From an uncultured delta proteobacterium (GTDB lineage Bacteria; Desulfobacterota; RBG-13-43-22): a DNA stretch of 64,000 nt. Positions 29,076-38,268 of this stretch are shown piece by piece; the stretch's first letter is position 1; the number at the start of each line of letters is the position of its first letter. The translations under genes were made by a program, and so were the position numbers. Where the stretch lies: positions 96,001-160,000 of the forward strand of contig CAWJJC010000021.1 in NCBI GenBank assembly GCA_963843145.1. Reading direction: 5' to 3'. The notes under the pieces are model-generated. The model searched no databases, was not told the origin of the DNA, and saw only the letters and a list, made by a program, of their open reading frames with translations.

Positions 29076-29097
29076 CGTGCTCTCCTCTCTATGATTT

Positions 29098-29976
29098 CTA
29101 ATTTGCTTCATCTGGATAATGTTTTTCTAAGCACTTATCACAAATTCCGTGGCTGAATCGGGCTTCTGAATGATCAGAAATGTATTTTTCAAGTTGGCTC
29201 CAATCCCCTTTGTCGTCGCGAATTTCTTTACAATACATGCATATAGGTAGAATACCTTGTAATGTTTTAATCTCGTCAATTGCTTTTTGAAGGGCATCAT
29301 TTTTCTCCTGAAGCAATTTTTCCGAGTTTAAGACCAGCTTGGTAGCAATAAAGGCAATAATTAAAGATATCAAAACACCTGAAATCGATAAAATAAGAGC
29401 GATCTTTTCAAGATTTGATTGCTTTGTTGCAGCAAGTTCGATGAAGTTATCAGCCTTGTTTCTTGCATATGAGGTTAATTCCAGCATTTTAGCCTCAAGT
29501 TTTGCTGCATGTTCAGCCCCATTTGTTTTGGTTATAAGAATAGCTTCTTGTTTATTGCCTGAATTAAGAAGTCTGACCACGTTTTCTCGGATGGGTCTCC
29601 AATTTTCAAAAAGTTGTCTGCTTTGTTTCTCAAGTGTCTTTCCTTCCTCACCGAGAATATCCTTTTGGATGGTATCAAGCTGCTGGTACACATTTTGTTC
29701 GTTTTCAGCTACGGCATTTAACGTATGCTTTATCTCGTCAGGAGAATTCGCCAAGACAACATCTTCCATGCTGCGATGTATTTTTGTTATGTTAAGAGCC
29801 GCAAGAAGGGAGGCATTTGAGACTACAAGTGGATGTTCATAAATCTTTACTGTGAGATCACCTAATGTGCGTAACCCTATTATTAAAACGATTCCAAAAG
29901 AGACAAATAAAAAGATGATGAGCAAAAAGCTTAGGGGTAATCTTTGTTTTTTAATTATATTTAAAAGAGAGCTCAT
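29098..29976 (-). CDS. Membrane sensor (four-helix-bundle periplasmic domain) with C-terminal Cys/His metal-binding domain, AT-rich
   Basis: Two TM segments, IYEHPLVVSNA; C-terminal LPICMYCKEIRD...W...FSHGICDKC. Confidence 0.8.
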   Translation of the reverse strand: MSSLLNIIKKQRLPLSFLLIIFLFVSFGIVLIIGLRTLGDLTVKIYEHPLVVSNASLLAALNITKIHRSMEDVVLANSPDEIKHTLNAVAENEQNVYQQLDTIQKDILGEEGKTLEKQSRQLFENWRPIRENVVRLLNSGNKQEAILITKTNGAEHAAKLEAKMLELTSYARNKADNFIELAATKQSNLEKIALILSISGVLISLIIAFIATKLVLNSEKLLQEKNDALQKAIDEIKTLQGILPICMYCKEIRDDKGDWSQLEKYISDHSEARFSHGICDKCLEKHYPDEAN

Positions 29977-29995
29977 TGGTAACTCCTTAAATATT

Positions 29996-30054
29996 TTTAT
30001 GCTAGCTCAGCGACGCGCCGCTTTTGGCGCGTCCGCTGGAGCGCTGGGTTGACC
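29996..30054 (-). other. attC-like site overlapping the methyltransferase 3' end
   Basis: Minus strand GGTCAAC-CCAGCGCTCCAGCGGACGCGCCAAAAGCGGCGCGTCGCTGAGCTA; R' core lost. Confidence 0.7.
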
Positions 30055-30641
30055 ATCGTCTCGACTCCCTCGAGTCTGGCACCGGCGAAGAGCGTCGCGA
30101 GCTCCTCCGGGTGGCAGAGCGGGAAACGGACGCCTTCGTCCAGGCTCGAAGCGTCCGCATCAAGCTCGGTCGCGGCATCCCAGAAGAACCGCATGATCTC
30201 CATCTTCCCGGCGTAATCCCAGACGTACGCCACGATCATGCCACCCTTGCCCGTCACCCGCGCCATCTCGGCGAGAGCGGCTCGCTGATCGGGAACAAAG
30301 TTCAGGACCAGACCCGAGACCACGACATCGACCGACCCGTCACCGAGAGGAATCGCCGTCGCGCTGCCTTGGTAAAGCACCACCCGGCCCGCGAGATTCT
30401 CGGTTGCGGTCTTGAGAAATCCCTCCGAAGGTTCGACGCCAGCGACGGAGGACGGCGGGCAGCGGTCCACGGTCGCCGCGCACAGCGCCCCTGTACCGCA
30501 ACCCACATCCAGCCACTTCCGGCTGGCCGGAATTCCCAACCATGAGAGAAATGCTGGCGCGATTTGACGACTCCACCGGCCAACGTACTGCTCATAGGGG
30601 CTTCCGCGCTCCCAAGTTTCGGACACCTGTTTATGGGCCAT
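29997..30641 (-). CDS. Class I SAM methyltransferase, probably 3'-truncated
   Basis: YEQYVGRWS, LDVGCGTG, LVLNFVPD, AYVWDY; the last ~18 codons are translated attC. Confidence 0.8.
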   Translation of the reverse strand: MAHKQVSETWERGSPYEQYVGRWSRQIAPAFLSWLGIPASRKWLDVGCGTGALCAATVDRCPPSSVAGVEPSEGFLKTATENLAGRVVLYQGSATAIPLGDGSVDVVVSGLVLNFVPDQRAALAEMARVTGKGGMIVAYVWDYAGKMEIMRFFWDAATELDADASSLDEGVRFPLCHPEELATLFAGARLEGVETMVNPALQRTRQKRRVAELA

Positions 30642-30667
30642 TGCAAACCTCCTACGCGTCCATAGAT

Positions 30668-30757
30668 GCCCAATGCGGCGTTGACCCGTGGCACGCAGCT
30701 TGCGGGGCCGGAGGCTATGGAAGCAAGTGACATCGGTGTCCAATGGACTGGTTGGTG
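30668..30757 (-). other. attC-like site
   Basis: Minus strand CACCAAC-CAGTCCATTGGACACCG...CGGGTCAACGCCGC-ATTGGGC. Confidence 0.7.
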
Positions 30758-30798
30758 CCGCCAGCGACGGCGCCGGGCTGCTTGGTTGGGGTCGGACA

Positions 30799-30991
30799 TA
30801 ATGCTGTTAACTTAAGGGTATTTCCCCTGCCTACAGCGTCACCCCGGCGAAAGCCGGGGTCCAGAAAGCCTGAAAAATCTGGATTCCGGCCATTCGACTA
30901 GGCTCATGGCCCTGAGTAAGCCGAAGGGCTTCCGCCGGAATGTCGGCAACGACTTAATTTTTGGACTAAATCTGTTAAGTTAACGGTATTA
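30799..30991. mobile_element. MITE with IS4-like TIRs containing nested REP elements
   Basis: TAATGCTGTTAACTTAA / TTAAGTTAACGGTATTA ends; REP 30838-30944, itself interrupted by a second small hairpin repeat (~30891-30929). Confidence 0.7.
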
Positions 30992-31030
30992 GGTCCGAGC
31001 CCGAATTTAGTCGTGGCCCTACCCTAATTT

Positions 31031-31089
31031 CCCATACGGCTCACCTGGAGCCGGCAATTTCGGCGATCAGGTGCAGCCGATGGTTATCC
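31031..31089 (-). other. attC-like site
   Basis: Minus strand GGATAAC (contains the upstream gene's TAA)-CATCGGCTGCACCTGATCGCCG...CGGCTCCAGGTGAGCC-GTATGGG. Confidence 0.75.
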
Positions 31090-31689
31090 ATCCTTTCCTT
31101 CTTTCTCAGCAATCATGCTTTCAATAGGCGTTTCTTTGAAAACACCGGCTAACTCTTCTTCGAGCCTCATTCGTTCTTCAAGAACTTTCCACATCATTTT
31201 CTTTGCCAACGCCTGGAAGACTTCCGTTGCATCTCTCGTCAAAGGGGCTGTGGTATCGTTTGCCCACGGCACCAGAAATTTTTTGTCTGCGATTGTCCAT
31301 ATCTCGGGTTGAAGGTCGATGGTTGAGGAGTCCGAATGGGCAAATGCGGTGTTTCGGTCGGACATCACCACCTCATGCATCTCCTTTTCAGCTTGAGATA
31401 GCCCTTTCAAAAGAGATACCGGAAGATCAGGGACCTTTTTTTCAACCCTCCTATCATTCCCGGAAAACGGTCGAGAGTAGGCGATGATCATTGCGCAATT
31501 GAAGGCCTCCAAGGGTCTGCAATCTTTAGAATCATGAAGTCTATTTCCGAGGATGTACGACGCGAAGTCATGCGCTTGCTTGAAGTCGCGACGAGAGATC
31601 AGTAACCTATAGAACTTTCGAAGCTTTCCTCTCAACTCGGGACCTATGTTCATATCTTTATGCTCCATTATGAACATTGGCTCTGCCAT
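31084..31689 (-). CDS. Hypothetical cassette protein
   Basis: RBS GGAGG before ATG 31689; attC-like sites on both sides; RNTAFAH resembles an Rx4-6H motif. Confidence 0.75.
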   Translation of the reverse strand: MAEPMFIMEHKDMNIGPELRGKLRKFYRLLISRRDFKQAHDFASYILGNRLHDSKDCRPLEAFNCAMIIAYSRPFSGNDRRVEKKVPDLPVSLLKGLSQAEKEMHEVVMSDRNTAFAHSDSSTIDLQPEIWTIADKKFLVPWANDTTAPLTRDATEVFQALAKKMMWKVLEERMRLEEELAGVFKETPIESMIAEKEGKDG

Positions 31690-31714
31690 TCTATCCTCCT
31701 GCATTCAGGTTCTT

Positions 31715-31773
31715 GGCTAACCCCCTGGAAGAGGAGAGCGCAAACGCGCGTCTTCTCGATCCCTTTGATGGGC
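31715..31773 (-). other. attC-like site
   Basis: Minus strand GCCCATC-AAAGGGATCGAGAAGACGCGCG...CTCCTCTTCCAGGGG-GTTAGCC. Confidence 0.7.
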
Positions 31774-31842
31774 AGGGACCCGCAAGACCTGATCTTGTTT
31801 ATATGACCCGACGTAGCCTAGAGGATGGGCCGCCGATATGTG

Positions 31843-31906
31843 GCCCATCGGAAAGGTAACAGGCATGGCAGTTTTTTTACCGTGTCCGGTTGGCGACAGG
31901 TTAGAA
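31843..31906 (-). other. attC-like site
   Basis: Minus strand TTCTAAC-CTGTCGCCAACCGGACACGG...CCATGCCTGTTACCTTTCC-GATGGGC. Confidence 0.65.
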
Positions 31907-31915
31907 GATGGGCGC

Positions 31916-32539
31916 TCAGTCGCGCCTTTTGCAGATGATTACAATTTCATTCTTCAGCTTGTCTCCCAGAATTAATCGGCACAAGTCTGGCATCAGATCG
32001 TCTCCGATTTTGTTCCCTGAAGGGCTACTGAAGCTCACAATTTCAAAACCTTTCCTGGGGCCTACAATCAAGTCTCCTCCATTGGTAAAACCAACCGACA
32101 CGAAATCATCTGAGGGAAGGTAACCATGCACAGTGCACATTTGGGCCGTTATTGTAAGCACACGGGAGCCAAACCCACCTATCTGCACCACATGAATTGA
32201 ATACTCATCAATCTCGCCGTGCAATTCGGTGTTCTCAATGGCAAGCACCTCTCGTGAGAACTTAACGACCCGGCCATCATTCAAATTCAAAGTGGACTCA
32301 ATGGATTTGATAATATCCTCCGGGACCATTTGGTTATCTTCCACTCTTATTTCCGCAGTCTTTCCATCGATAACTACATGAACCTTATTTCCTGAGCCAT
32401 CTCTCCTGCCAACAAGAACATGGATATCCTCGCCTTGCGATCTCGTTTCAAACCACAAGTCCTTTTCTCGCAGTCGCTTCCTTACCGTTCTCGCGGTTGA
32501 GTTTAATTTGCTTTTATTAACAGAATTGGGTCGGGCCAC
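31916..32539 (-). CDS. Hypothetical cassette protein
   Basis: 207-aa ORF, lower GC, followed by an attC-like site. Confidence 0.65.
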   Translation of the reverse strand: MARPNSVNKSKLNSTARTVRKRLREKDLWFETRSQGEDIHVLVGRRDGSGNKVHVVIDGKTAEIRVEDNQMVPEDIIKSIESTLNLNDGRVVKFSREVLAIENTELHGEIDEYSIHVVQIGGFGSRVLTITAQMCTVHGYLPSDDFVSVGFTNGGDLIVGPRKGFEIVSFSSPSGNKIGDDLMPDLCRLILGDKLKNEIVIICKRRD

Positions 32540-32643
32540 GCTAATCTCTTGATTCAGTTTTAGTGTCCTAGGAATAGGCGTTTTTCAAGCCTATATTGTC
32601 TTTTTCAGCCCCGGAATGAGCATTATAGCGAACAGCCCGATAG

Positions 32644-33333
32644 CTACGGCAATTCGGTAAAAAAGCGCTCCCAGCGGGGTTGATAATGATCCAGGATGTT
32701 CAGGGAGATCACCACGGCGGTGGCGCGGCCGACGATTTGATCGCGGGCCACGAAGCCGAAATATCTCGAGTCGGCGCTGTTGTCGCGATTGTCGCCCATC
32801 ATGAAATAGTGTCCCTCGGGAACGGTCACCGGGCCGAAAGTCCGCAGCGCCGGCAGCCGGGGGGTTACCAGGACCGGATGTTTTCTGCCGGTCAGATCTT
32901 CCGTTACGCAGAATTGATCCGCGGCGACCGACAACCCCGGATTACTCTGATCGACCGGTTCGTAGGCGACCTCCTGGCCGTTGACCAGCAAGTGGTTGTT
33001 CCACAAGGCGATGGAATCTCCGGGAAGACCGATTACCCGTTTCACCAGCCGTTTGCCTTCCTGGGGGGAATAAAAGACGACGATCTCCCCCCGCCGGGGA
33101 TTGCTCCATTCGGCGAGGTGCCGGGTGGTGAAGGGGACCTTCAGGTCATAGGCCAGTTTGTTCACGAAAATCCGGTCCCCTTCCAGGATCGTGGGATTCA
33201 TAGAACCGGTGGGCACCACGTTCCAATCGGCTATGGCCGACTTGAAGGATCCGGCGACGAGCAGGGCCACCAAAATAGAAAAGATCCAGCTTTTCCAGAT
33301 GAGGGACTCCTTTTTTAGCCAGGTTTGAGACAT
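32644..33333 (-). CDS. lepB: Signal peptidase I
   Basis: VPTGSMNPT (Ser), LVKRVIGLPGD (Lys), GDNRDNSADSR. Confidence 0.95.
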   Translation of the reverse strand: MSQTWLKKESLIWKSWIFSILVALLVAGSFKSAIADWNVVPTGSMNPTILEGDRIFVNKLAYDLKVPFTTRHLAEWSNPRRGEIVVFYSPQEGKRLVKRVIGLPGDSIALWNNHLLVNGQEVAYEPVDQSNPGLSVAADQFCVTEDLTGRKHPVLVTPRLPALRTFGPVTVPEGHYFMMGDNRDNSADSRYFGFVARDQIVGRATAVVISLNILDHYQPRWERFFTELP

Positions 33334-33363
33334 AACGGATTTGACGCCTATTTCTCGTTTCCG

Positions 33364-34368
33364 CTACTTTTTGGGGGCCTCGACGATGGATACTCCTGTG
33401 TCATCTATCTTGAACGTCATTAGGTCTGCACCCACTACGACGGGACCATCGTAGGTCTTGCGTGTCGCTGCCAGCAATTCTTCCGGTGTGGGGAATGGAA
33501 TACCCGCCTTCGGCATGCCGGAGAGCACGAGGTGGGAGTAAACGGCCAGCTTGGGCCGGGCGACAGCGAACAGCTTCCCGGCGAGTTCCGGCGAAATATG
33601 GTGTTCATATATGGCCTTATAAACAGGATACTGGTTAAAGAGCTTTTCAGGGATCATGGCTACCTCATGGATGAGCAGATCAGCGCCCTGGGCCGCTTTT
33701 TCAACGTTGGCACTATAACGGGTATCGCCCGAAATCACTACCGAGTGGTTTTTGTAGGTGATTTTGAAACCGTAGCAAGGTTTAACGAGATCGCCATGAT
33801 CTACCTCAAAGGCGGTCACCACAACACCATTCTTTTCATAGACGACCCCCGGCTTAAAATCGTGCGCCTCCACCTGGATGCCGGCTAAAGGGTTCTTTTC
33901 ATCCTCGAGACGAATGCGGCGATCTTCAGAAAAGGCTTCCCAGAGATTCGACATCATTTTCTCCGTTCCCGGAGGACCATAGATTAAAAATGGCTTCTTC
34001 CGTCCGCCGAAGGCCGTTTGAATCCATCCGCTTAGCCACAGATCAGAAAGGCCATTGATATGATCGGAGTGCAGATGGGTAAGGAAATGAGCATCGATGC
34101 TGCCGAGAGGAATCTGTTTCTGCCACAGACGGATGGTGACGCCTCGCCCCATATCAAAGACGAGTCGTTGTCCCCCGGCTTCAATCAAGGTGCTGTTTCC
34201 GAAGCGGGTGGGAGAGGGCACCGGCATCCCGGTACCAAGCAGGGTGACTGAAAAATCATCTGCGGCCAGTGCCGGAGCGGAGAGGACGAGGGAGAGGCCG
34301 AGTAGACCTATTATCGTCAACCATCTGGTTCCTCCTGACGTCTCTTTAAAAAAGTTGCTGAACCTCAT
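33364..34368 (-). CDS. Exported MBL-fold hydrolase (RNase Z/arylsulfatase-like)
   Basis: Signal peptide; LLGTG, THLHSDH, SGDT, LIHE. Confidence 0.9.
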   Translation of the reverse strand: MRFSNFFKETSGGTRWLTIIGLLGLSLVLSAPALAADDFSVTLLGTGMPVPSPTRFGNSTLIEAGGQRLVFDMGRGVTIRLWQKQIPLGSIDAHFLTHLHSDHINGLSDLWLSGWIQTAFGGRKKPFLIYGPPGTEKMMSNLWEAFSEDRRIRLEDEKNPLAGIQVEAHDFKPGVVYEKNGVVVTAFEVDHGDLVKPCYGFKITYKNHSVVISGDTRYSANVEKAAQGADLLIHEVAMIPEKLFNQYPVYKAIYEHHISPELAGKLFAVARPKLAVYSHLVLSGMPKAGIPFPTPEELLAATRKTYDGPVVVGADLMTFKIDDTGVSIVEAPKK

Positions 34369-34425
34369 CGTTTAATACCTCCTTTTTGATATGAATAGTG
34401 TCTGCATCTTGGTTGCCCATGGCCT

Positions 34426-34785
34426 TTAGGCGGCGTTGACAGCCGTGGCGCGGCCGACGATTCGATCGCGGGCCACGAAGGCGAAATAGCGCGAGTCGAC
34501 GCTGTTGTGGCGATTGTCGCCCATCATGATATAGTTCCCCTCGGGAACAACCACCGGGCCGAAAGTCCGCAGCGCCGGCAGCCCGGGGGTAATCAGGACC
34601 GGATGTTTTCTGCCGGTCAGATCTTCCGTTACGCAGAATTGATCCGCGGCGGCCGACACCCTCGGGTTACTCTGATCGACGGGTTCGTAGGTGGCCTCCT
34701 CGCCGTTGACCAGCAAGTGGTCGTTTTGCAAGGCGATGGAATCCCCCGGAAGACCGACCGCCCGTTTCACCAGATAGAGGATCAA
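34426..34785 (-). pseudogene. Chimera: first five codons of vapC fused to a signal peptidase I fragment
   Basis: MILYL coupled by ATGA to the antitoxin, then VKRAVGLPGD...GRATA similar to lepB 32720-33048; lacks the catalytic Ser and TM. Confidence 0.75.
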
Positions 34786-35042
34786 CGACGGTCCTCAATG
34801 ACGGTTTTCGAAAGGGCCTTTCCCTTGATATGGATGCCGGCCGTCCCTTCAGGCTTTCCCCCCTCCCATTTGGCCATCCCTTTATCCGTCAGGGATTTCA
34901 CCGCTCTCCTTTCCCGGGAAAGCGGCACCATCAGGGCCACGTCCTTTCCGTGATCGGTGATGACGATTTCTTCTCCTTCTCTCGCCCGAGCAACAAAACT
35001 GCTTAGCTTGGCCTTGAGCTCTTTGATACCTACTGAGATCAT
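34782..35042 (-). CDS. Phd/YefM family antitoxin (orphan)
   Basis: VGIKELKAKLS..V....GEEIVITDHGKDVA.MVP. Confidence 0.9.
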   Translation of the reverse strand: MISVGIKELKAKLSSFVARAREGEEIVITDHGKDVALMVPLSRERRAVKSLTDKGMAKWEGGKPEGTAGIHIKGKALSKTVIEDRR

Positions 35043-35138
35043 AAACAAACTCCGGATTCAATTGTGACTATAACTTAGCAAAAAGGAGATACCTGCGCAA
35101 ATTAAAATCGGAACTTCGACCAGAACGCTGTTGTTATT

Positions 35139-35196
35139 TAGATTCTTGCATCCATTGTTAGAGACAAATTCTCAAAACAATGGATGCAAGAATCTA
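35139..35196. repeat. 58-bp palindrome with perfect 21-bp arms (minimal MITE or terminator)
   Basis: TAGATTCTTGCATCCATTGTT ... AACAATGGATGCAAGAATCTA; supplies the cls TAG stop. Confidence 0.7.
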
Positions 35197-36615
35197 AAGC
35201 GTGTAGGCAAAAAGATGGGCCCACCATTCCCGGAGCCGGTCAACCCAGGGTCGCTGTTCCCACTTTTCCAGTGAAACCGGATCCGACTGCTCCAAGTCCT
35301 TGGCAAACAGCGCTTCCATTTCCAAGGCGAAGTTGCGGCCCAGAATGACGGCGTTTACTTCAAAGTTCTGGGAAAAGCTCAAAAAGTCCAGGTTGGTGGA
35401 CCCGACGGTCGACCAGACGCCATCGATCACCGCGGTTTTGGCATGCAGGACGGCGTTGCGGAATTCATATAGCTTCACCCCGGCCTCCAGGAGTTCGTCG
35501 TAATAATACCGGCCGGCGTGCCAGGGCAGCTTTTCATCGCTCGTCTTCGGCAGGATGATCTTAACGTCGACGCCGCTCCGGGCAGCTTCTCTAAGGGCGC
35601 GTATCATCTGTGAATCGGGAACGAAATAGGAACTCGTCAGGTGAATGGACCGCTCGGCAAAGGAGATGGCGGAGACATACATGACGAAAGTGGTTCGGCC
35701 CAGTTCACCCGGCGTGGTCGCCAGGATCTGCACCAATTCCCGGCCCTCCACCTTCAACTTCGGGAAATAATCCGTTTCTGAAAGCGACGGACCGTTCTGC
35801 TTTTCCCAAGCCCGGAAAAATATTTTCTGAAACTCAGCCACGGCCGGCCCCTCCACCTGGATGTCCGTATCGCGCCAGGGGAATTGCGTTTCGTCTTCCG
35901 GTTTACCGAAAAACCGGCTGGAATAAACGTGACTGATGTTCACCCCTCCGGTAATGGCGATCTTGCCGTCCACGACCAGGATCTTGCGATGATCCCGCAG
36001 GGCCACCCTCCATTTTTTCTTGACCTTGATCGGGTTTACGGGATTGAATTCGATCACGTTGATCCCTTTGTCCCGCAAATCCTGAAAAAACGCAGCCGGT
36101 GTGTTCAGACTGCCCAGGCTGTCATAGATAAGATTCACCTGGACGCCTTCCGCCTGTTTCCGAACAAAAAGATCGGCCAATTTGCGGCCCATTTCCTCAT
36201 CATCTTCGAAGATGAACGTTTCCATATTGATGTGGTGTTTGGCGTCCTGGATCACCTTGAGCATGGCGGCGTAGGTGGCAGGACCGTCGACCAGCAGTTC
36301 GATCCTGTTTCCCTTGATGAGGGGGCTTCCGCTCATGGCTTCGTTGACCGCGACCTGGCGCTCCAGGACATCCGTCGGATCGACCGAGCGTTTAAGCCGT
36401 TCCATGATGGCCTCACCCCGACGAGGAGAGAGCCAGCCGCGGGCCGAAGCGATACGCGGCGGTTTACTGCCGGGAGGGACTGAATTGATAATTTTGGAGG
36501 CATCCGGAAGGGTGGCGCAACCTCCGAAGAAGAGGCCTGATAAGGCAATGAACCCTGGGGAGAAGGCCAAATAGTAAAGCAGGAAACGCGGTACAAACTT
36601 TTTGGGTATTTTCAT
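35194..36615 (-). CDS. cls: Cardiolipin synthase / phospholipase D family
   Basis: Two HKD motifs (HRKILVVD, HAKTAVID), WRDTD, GSTNLD. Confidence 0.9.
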   Translation of the reverse strand: MKIPKKFVPRFLLYYLAFSPGFIALSGLFFGGCATLPDASKIINSVPPGSKPPRIASARGWLSPRRGEAIMERLKRSVDPTDVLERQVAVNEAMSGSPLIKGNRIELLVDGPATYAAMLKVIQDAKHHINMETFIFEDDEEMGRKLADLFVRKQAEGVQVNLIYDSLGSLNTPAAFFQDLRDKGINVIEFNPVNPIKVKKKWRVALRDHRKILVVDGKIAITGGVNISHVYSSRFFGKPEDETQFPWRDTDIQVEGPAVAEFQKIFFRAWEKQNGPSLSETDYFPKLKVEGRELVQILATTPGELGRTTFVMYVSAISFAERSIHLTSSYFVPDSQMIRALREAARSGVDVKIILPKTSDEKLPWHAGRYYYDELLEAGVKLYEFRNAVLHAKTAVIDGVWSTVGSTNLDFLSFSQNFEVNAVILGRNFALEMEALFAKDLEQSDPVSLEKWEQRPWVDRLREWWAHLFAYTL

Positions 36616-36625
36616 ATTTCCTCAA

Positions 36626-37555
36626 TCATAATTCAGAATCGATTCGGTAGAGGCCTTCTTCCTTGGCCATCCGGACCGCCTCCTGAAACTCCTGGCGAGT
36701 GAGGCGGCAGTTCAGGGGCGAGTCCGGAGGGATGAGGTCGCCGCAGGGGCGGTACTGGTCCATGATATTGACATAGGTATTTTGGGAAATCTCTGTGGCC
36801 AGAAAATGCATGGCCTCTCGGGTGCCGGCCAGCCCGGCGGGCAGTACCAAGTGCCGGACCAGCAAGCCCCGGAGGGCGATGCCCTCCTCATCCAGTTCGA
36901 GGTCGCCTACCTGGCGATGCATCTCTTTCAAGGCCGCCGTGACCACCTCCGGGTAGTCGGGCGCCTGGGAGTATTGGGCCGCGATGTCTCCCCGCGTGTA
37001 TTTAAAGTCCGGCATATAGATGTCGAAGACTCCGTCGAGGAGCCGCAGGGTGTCGAGGGAGTCGTAACCGCCCGTATTGTAGACCAGGGGCACGGTCAGG
37101 CCCTTTTCAATGGCCAGGGGGAGGGCCTTCAGGATCTGGGCGGCAAAATGGGAGGGGCTGACGAAGTTGAGGTTGTGGCAGCCGATCTCCTGCAGATGCA
37201 CCATGATCCGGCTGAACTGTTCGATGGAGACGGCCTGGCCATCCCCCAGGCGGCTGATCTCGTAGTTCTGGCAAAAGATGCAGCCCAGGTTGCAATGGGT
37301 CATAAAGATCGTGCCCGACCCATAGCGGCCCACCAGCGGTTTTTCTTCCCCCAGATGCGGGCCGTAAGAGGAGATTTCGGGCAGCCCGCCGGCACGGCAG
37401 AAGCCCTTCTGGCCAGCGGTTCGGTCGGCACCGCATTTTCTCGGGCAAAGAGTACATTCTTTGAGGATGGCTTCGGCCTCGGCGATGAGGCCGGGGAAAA
37501 GGCCCTTTTCATAGGTAGCCCGATAGGCCGCCTGGAAATCTTTCCGTTTCATCAT
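36626..37555 (-). CDS. Radical SAM protein, PflX family
   Basis: CTLCPRKC, GSGTIF..CNLGCIFCQN, RHLVLP, NIMDQYRP. Confidence 0.92.
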   Translation of the reverse strand: MMKRKDFQAAYRATYEKGLFPGLIAEAEAILKECTLCPRKCGADRTAGQKGFCRAGGLPEISSYGPHLGEEKPLVGRYGSGTIFMTHCNLGCIFCQNYEISRLGDGQAVSIEQFSRIMVHLQEIGCHNLNFVSPSHFAAQILKALPLAIEKGLTVPLVYNTGGYDSLDTLRLLDGVFDIYMPDFKYTRGDIAAQYSQAPDYPEVVTAALKEMHRQVGDLELDEEGIALRGLLVRHLVLPAGLAGTREAMHFLATEISQNTYVNIMDQYRPCGDLIPPDSPLNCRLTRQEFQEAVRMAKEEGLYRIDSEL

Positions 37556-37560
37556 ATTGG

Positions 37561-38217
37561 CTAAGACGATATTGGCCCGTCCGGTTTTGTGGCAAACACA
37601 TAGGCCCTTCGGCTTTCGTACTCTACCCCGGGATAGGGTTCTCTCTCGATAACCTCTATCTTTTCAAATCCGCTGTTCTTTAGGCAACTGGCAATAAAAT
37701 CGGTGGGAAAGAACCTGAAATCTATATCGATTTTCTGGCCGAGAAACTCGTCTAAGAGGATGGTTCCCTCCCCAACGTGGTAGGTGAAAAGGAATACACC
37801 GCCCGGCTGTAATACCCGAAAAACTTCCTGGAAGGCCAGCCCAACCTGTTCTTTTGTGAAATGGACGATAGCGTAGAAGGCGACAACACCGGCTATGGAG
37901 TCGGTTGCAAATTCAAGCGCCAGAATATTGCCCTTCTGGAAGTGTATCTCCGGGTGAATTGATCTGGCCTGTTCCAGAATTCCTTCCGACAGATCCAGCC
38001 CGGAAATTTCAAGACCAAGGTTTTTCAGGTAGTTGGCCGTTTGACCGGGACCGCAGCCGAAATCCCAGACCGGTCTTCTGTGTCCGATCTCTTGCGAAAA
38101 TCGGCGGAGAATTTCGCGGTCTTTTGGTTTCTTTTCGTGCTCCCCGGTGAAGGCTTCGGCATATTCTTTAGCTATATTATCGTACTGGATCGCTACTTGG
38201 TTTATATCCTGTCCCAT
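37561..38217 (-). CDS. Class I SAM-dependent methyltransferase
   Basis: DFGCGPGQ, GLDLS, AFYAIVH, RVLQPGG. Confidence 0.9.
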   Translation of the reverse strand: MGQDINQVAIQYDNIAKEYAEAFTGEHEKKPKDREILRRFSQEIGHRRPVWDFGCGPGQTANYLKNLGLEISGLDLSEGILEQARSIHPEIHFQKGNILALEFATDSIAGVVAFYAIVHFTKEQVGLAFQEVFRVLQPGGVFLFTYHVGEGTILLDEFLGQKIDIDFRFFPTDFIASCLKNSGFEKIEVIEREPYPGVEYESRRAYVFATKPDGPISS

Positions 38218-38268
38218 TATCGTGGTCCAAGGCTCAAGACGAGGAAACCGCCTTTGGCAATACCTCGA

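Noticed and set aside
32720-34775. lepB copy pair as a diversity-generating retroelement TR/VR
   Set aside because: Differences involve all bases rather than adenines only, and no RT is nearby
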